Shown in pieces: positions 38,354 to 39,156 of a stretch of DNA of 39,156 nt. A program made the translations under genes and the position numbers. The stretch is from Nanobdellati archaeon (lineage in GTDB: Archaea > EX4484-52 > WAPT01), in contig WAPT01000019.1 of NCBI GenBank assembly GCA_015520605.1, positions 1 through 39,156 of the forward strand. The letters run 5' to 3'. Numbering within the stretch: the stretch's first letter is position 1; every line of letters begins with the position of its first letter. Below the pieces are notes generated by a model. The model saw only the letters and a program-made list of their open reading frames with translations. It was not told the origin of the DNA and ran no database searches.

Positions 38354-38894
38354 CGAGTATCTTGTTTATCTTTGAAATTATCGCATACTGCTCCTCCAGC
38401 ACGTTAACTTCATTTGTTATGGTTGTCGTATCTCTCCAGTAGCTCACCTCCTCCCTTCTCAGCTGAGATTTCAAAGCAGAAATATCGGCCATAACATCTC
38501 TTATGTCTTCGGGCTTTGTCATTTTTGCCATCAGTCTTTCTTTCTCCGCTATCTCGGCCTTTATGTCCTCAACGATCTGCTCGTGAATTCTTTTCCTACT
38601 CTCCAGCGCATCTCTCAGATCCTTTATCCTTTTCTCCAAAAACTTGCATCTTTCTCGTATTGTTCCGACAACTTCTTCTACTTTGAGCTTTAATTCGTCA
38701 ATGTCTTCTGTCGTTTCAGCCTCCAGTCTTGTCGGGTGTACGTGCACGTCCCTCCTGACCACTACCTTTTCTTCTGCTTGTTCTCTTTCCCTCCACACGT
38801 TTGCAGGGGAAAAAAGAGTATCTTCCTCTTTGAACATTTCCCTGTAGATCTTTTCTGACTTGTGTTTCTCTGTGCGATAGTACCGCTCCTCCAC
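38343..38894 (-). CDS. Hypothetical coiled-coil protein, overlapping the ATPase gene
   Basis: GTG start after GGTGGT; long heptad helices; YWRD motif; stop overlaps the ATPase start region. Confidence 0.75.
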   Translation of the reverse strand: MEERYYRTEKHKSEKIYREMFKEEDTLFSPANVWREREQAEEKVVVRRDVHVHPTRLEAETTEDIDELKLKVEEVVGTIRERCKFLEKRIKDLRDALESRKRIHEQIVEDIKAEIAEKERLMAKMTKPEDIRDVMADISALKSQLRREEVSYWRDTTTITNEVNVLEEQYAIISKINKILVGE

Positions 38895-39156
38895 ACCACC
38901 ACCTGTCTCAGCTGTCCCAGCTTACGGTAATTTGGTGAAAGAACGTTTAAAAATCTGAGGGAAAATGAGAGTAGGCATATCAACAGAGAAAAGCCAGATA
39001 ATGCGGGATAATCCTGTGTTCCGGGACATGGGGATCCATAATGTAGTTGTACTTATCGACTTGTTCTGTCTCAATCGAATCGATTATCTCTACTTTCTGG
39101 CTTTCCTCTCGCTCCCGATGCCCGTCTGCCATGGTGCAGCGGGCGGGAGGCGAACA

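Noticed and set aside
35840-39156. Integrated mobile element at tRNA-Pro
   Set aside because: No duplicated tRNA 3' end, integrase or compositional shift in the window; not supportable as a feature and kept only as a hypothesis.
38965-39156. Open frame on the plus strand running off the window (MRVGISTEKSQ...)
   Set aside because: No recognisable motif, and an equally unconvincing 50-aa ORF lies on the opposite strand; cannot be called without flanking sequence.

Overview
Gene-dense archaeal chromosomal window. Very short intergenic regions, AMP phosphorylase, a class III signal-peptide pilin and a large surface subtilase suggest a DPANN-type, possibly thermophilic archaeon; this is inference and was not tested phylogenetically. 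Left part: radA, rpa, cdc48, radB, a degenerate pyrE-like PRTase, topA and serS. Next comes an orphan gene (N-terminal amphipathic helix, coiled coil, winged HTH), followed directly by a non-coding array of two 75-bp direct repeats built from helically phased TTCGACA boxes around an AT-rich spacer. This gene-plus-array module is the best candidate for an undescribed system (origin/iteron or membrane-tethering centromere). Then tyrS, rtcA, a 1442-aa membrane-anchored S8 protease, an AbrB-PhoU regulator divergent from a complete A1Ao ATP synthase operon (H-I-K-E-C-F-A-B-D), a small wHTH gene, an AT-rich feoAB insert, a KaiC/near-KaiC pair divergent from trkAH and AMP phosphorylase, apgM, a Cys-rich pilin, a tRNA-Pro(GGG) with non-canonical C33, and a coiled-coil plus HerA-like ATPase pair. 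No CRISPR, rRNA, transposase or integrase was seen.
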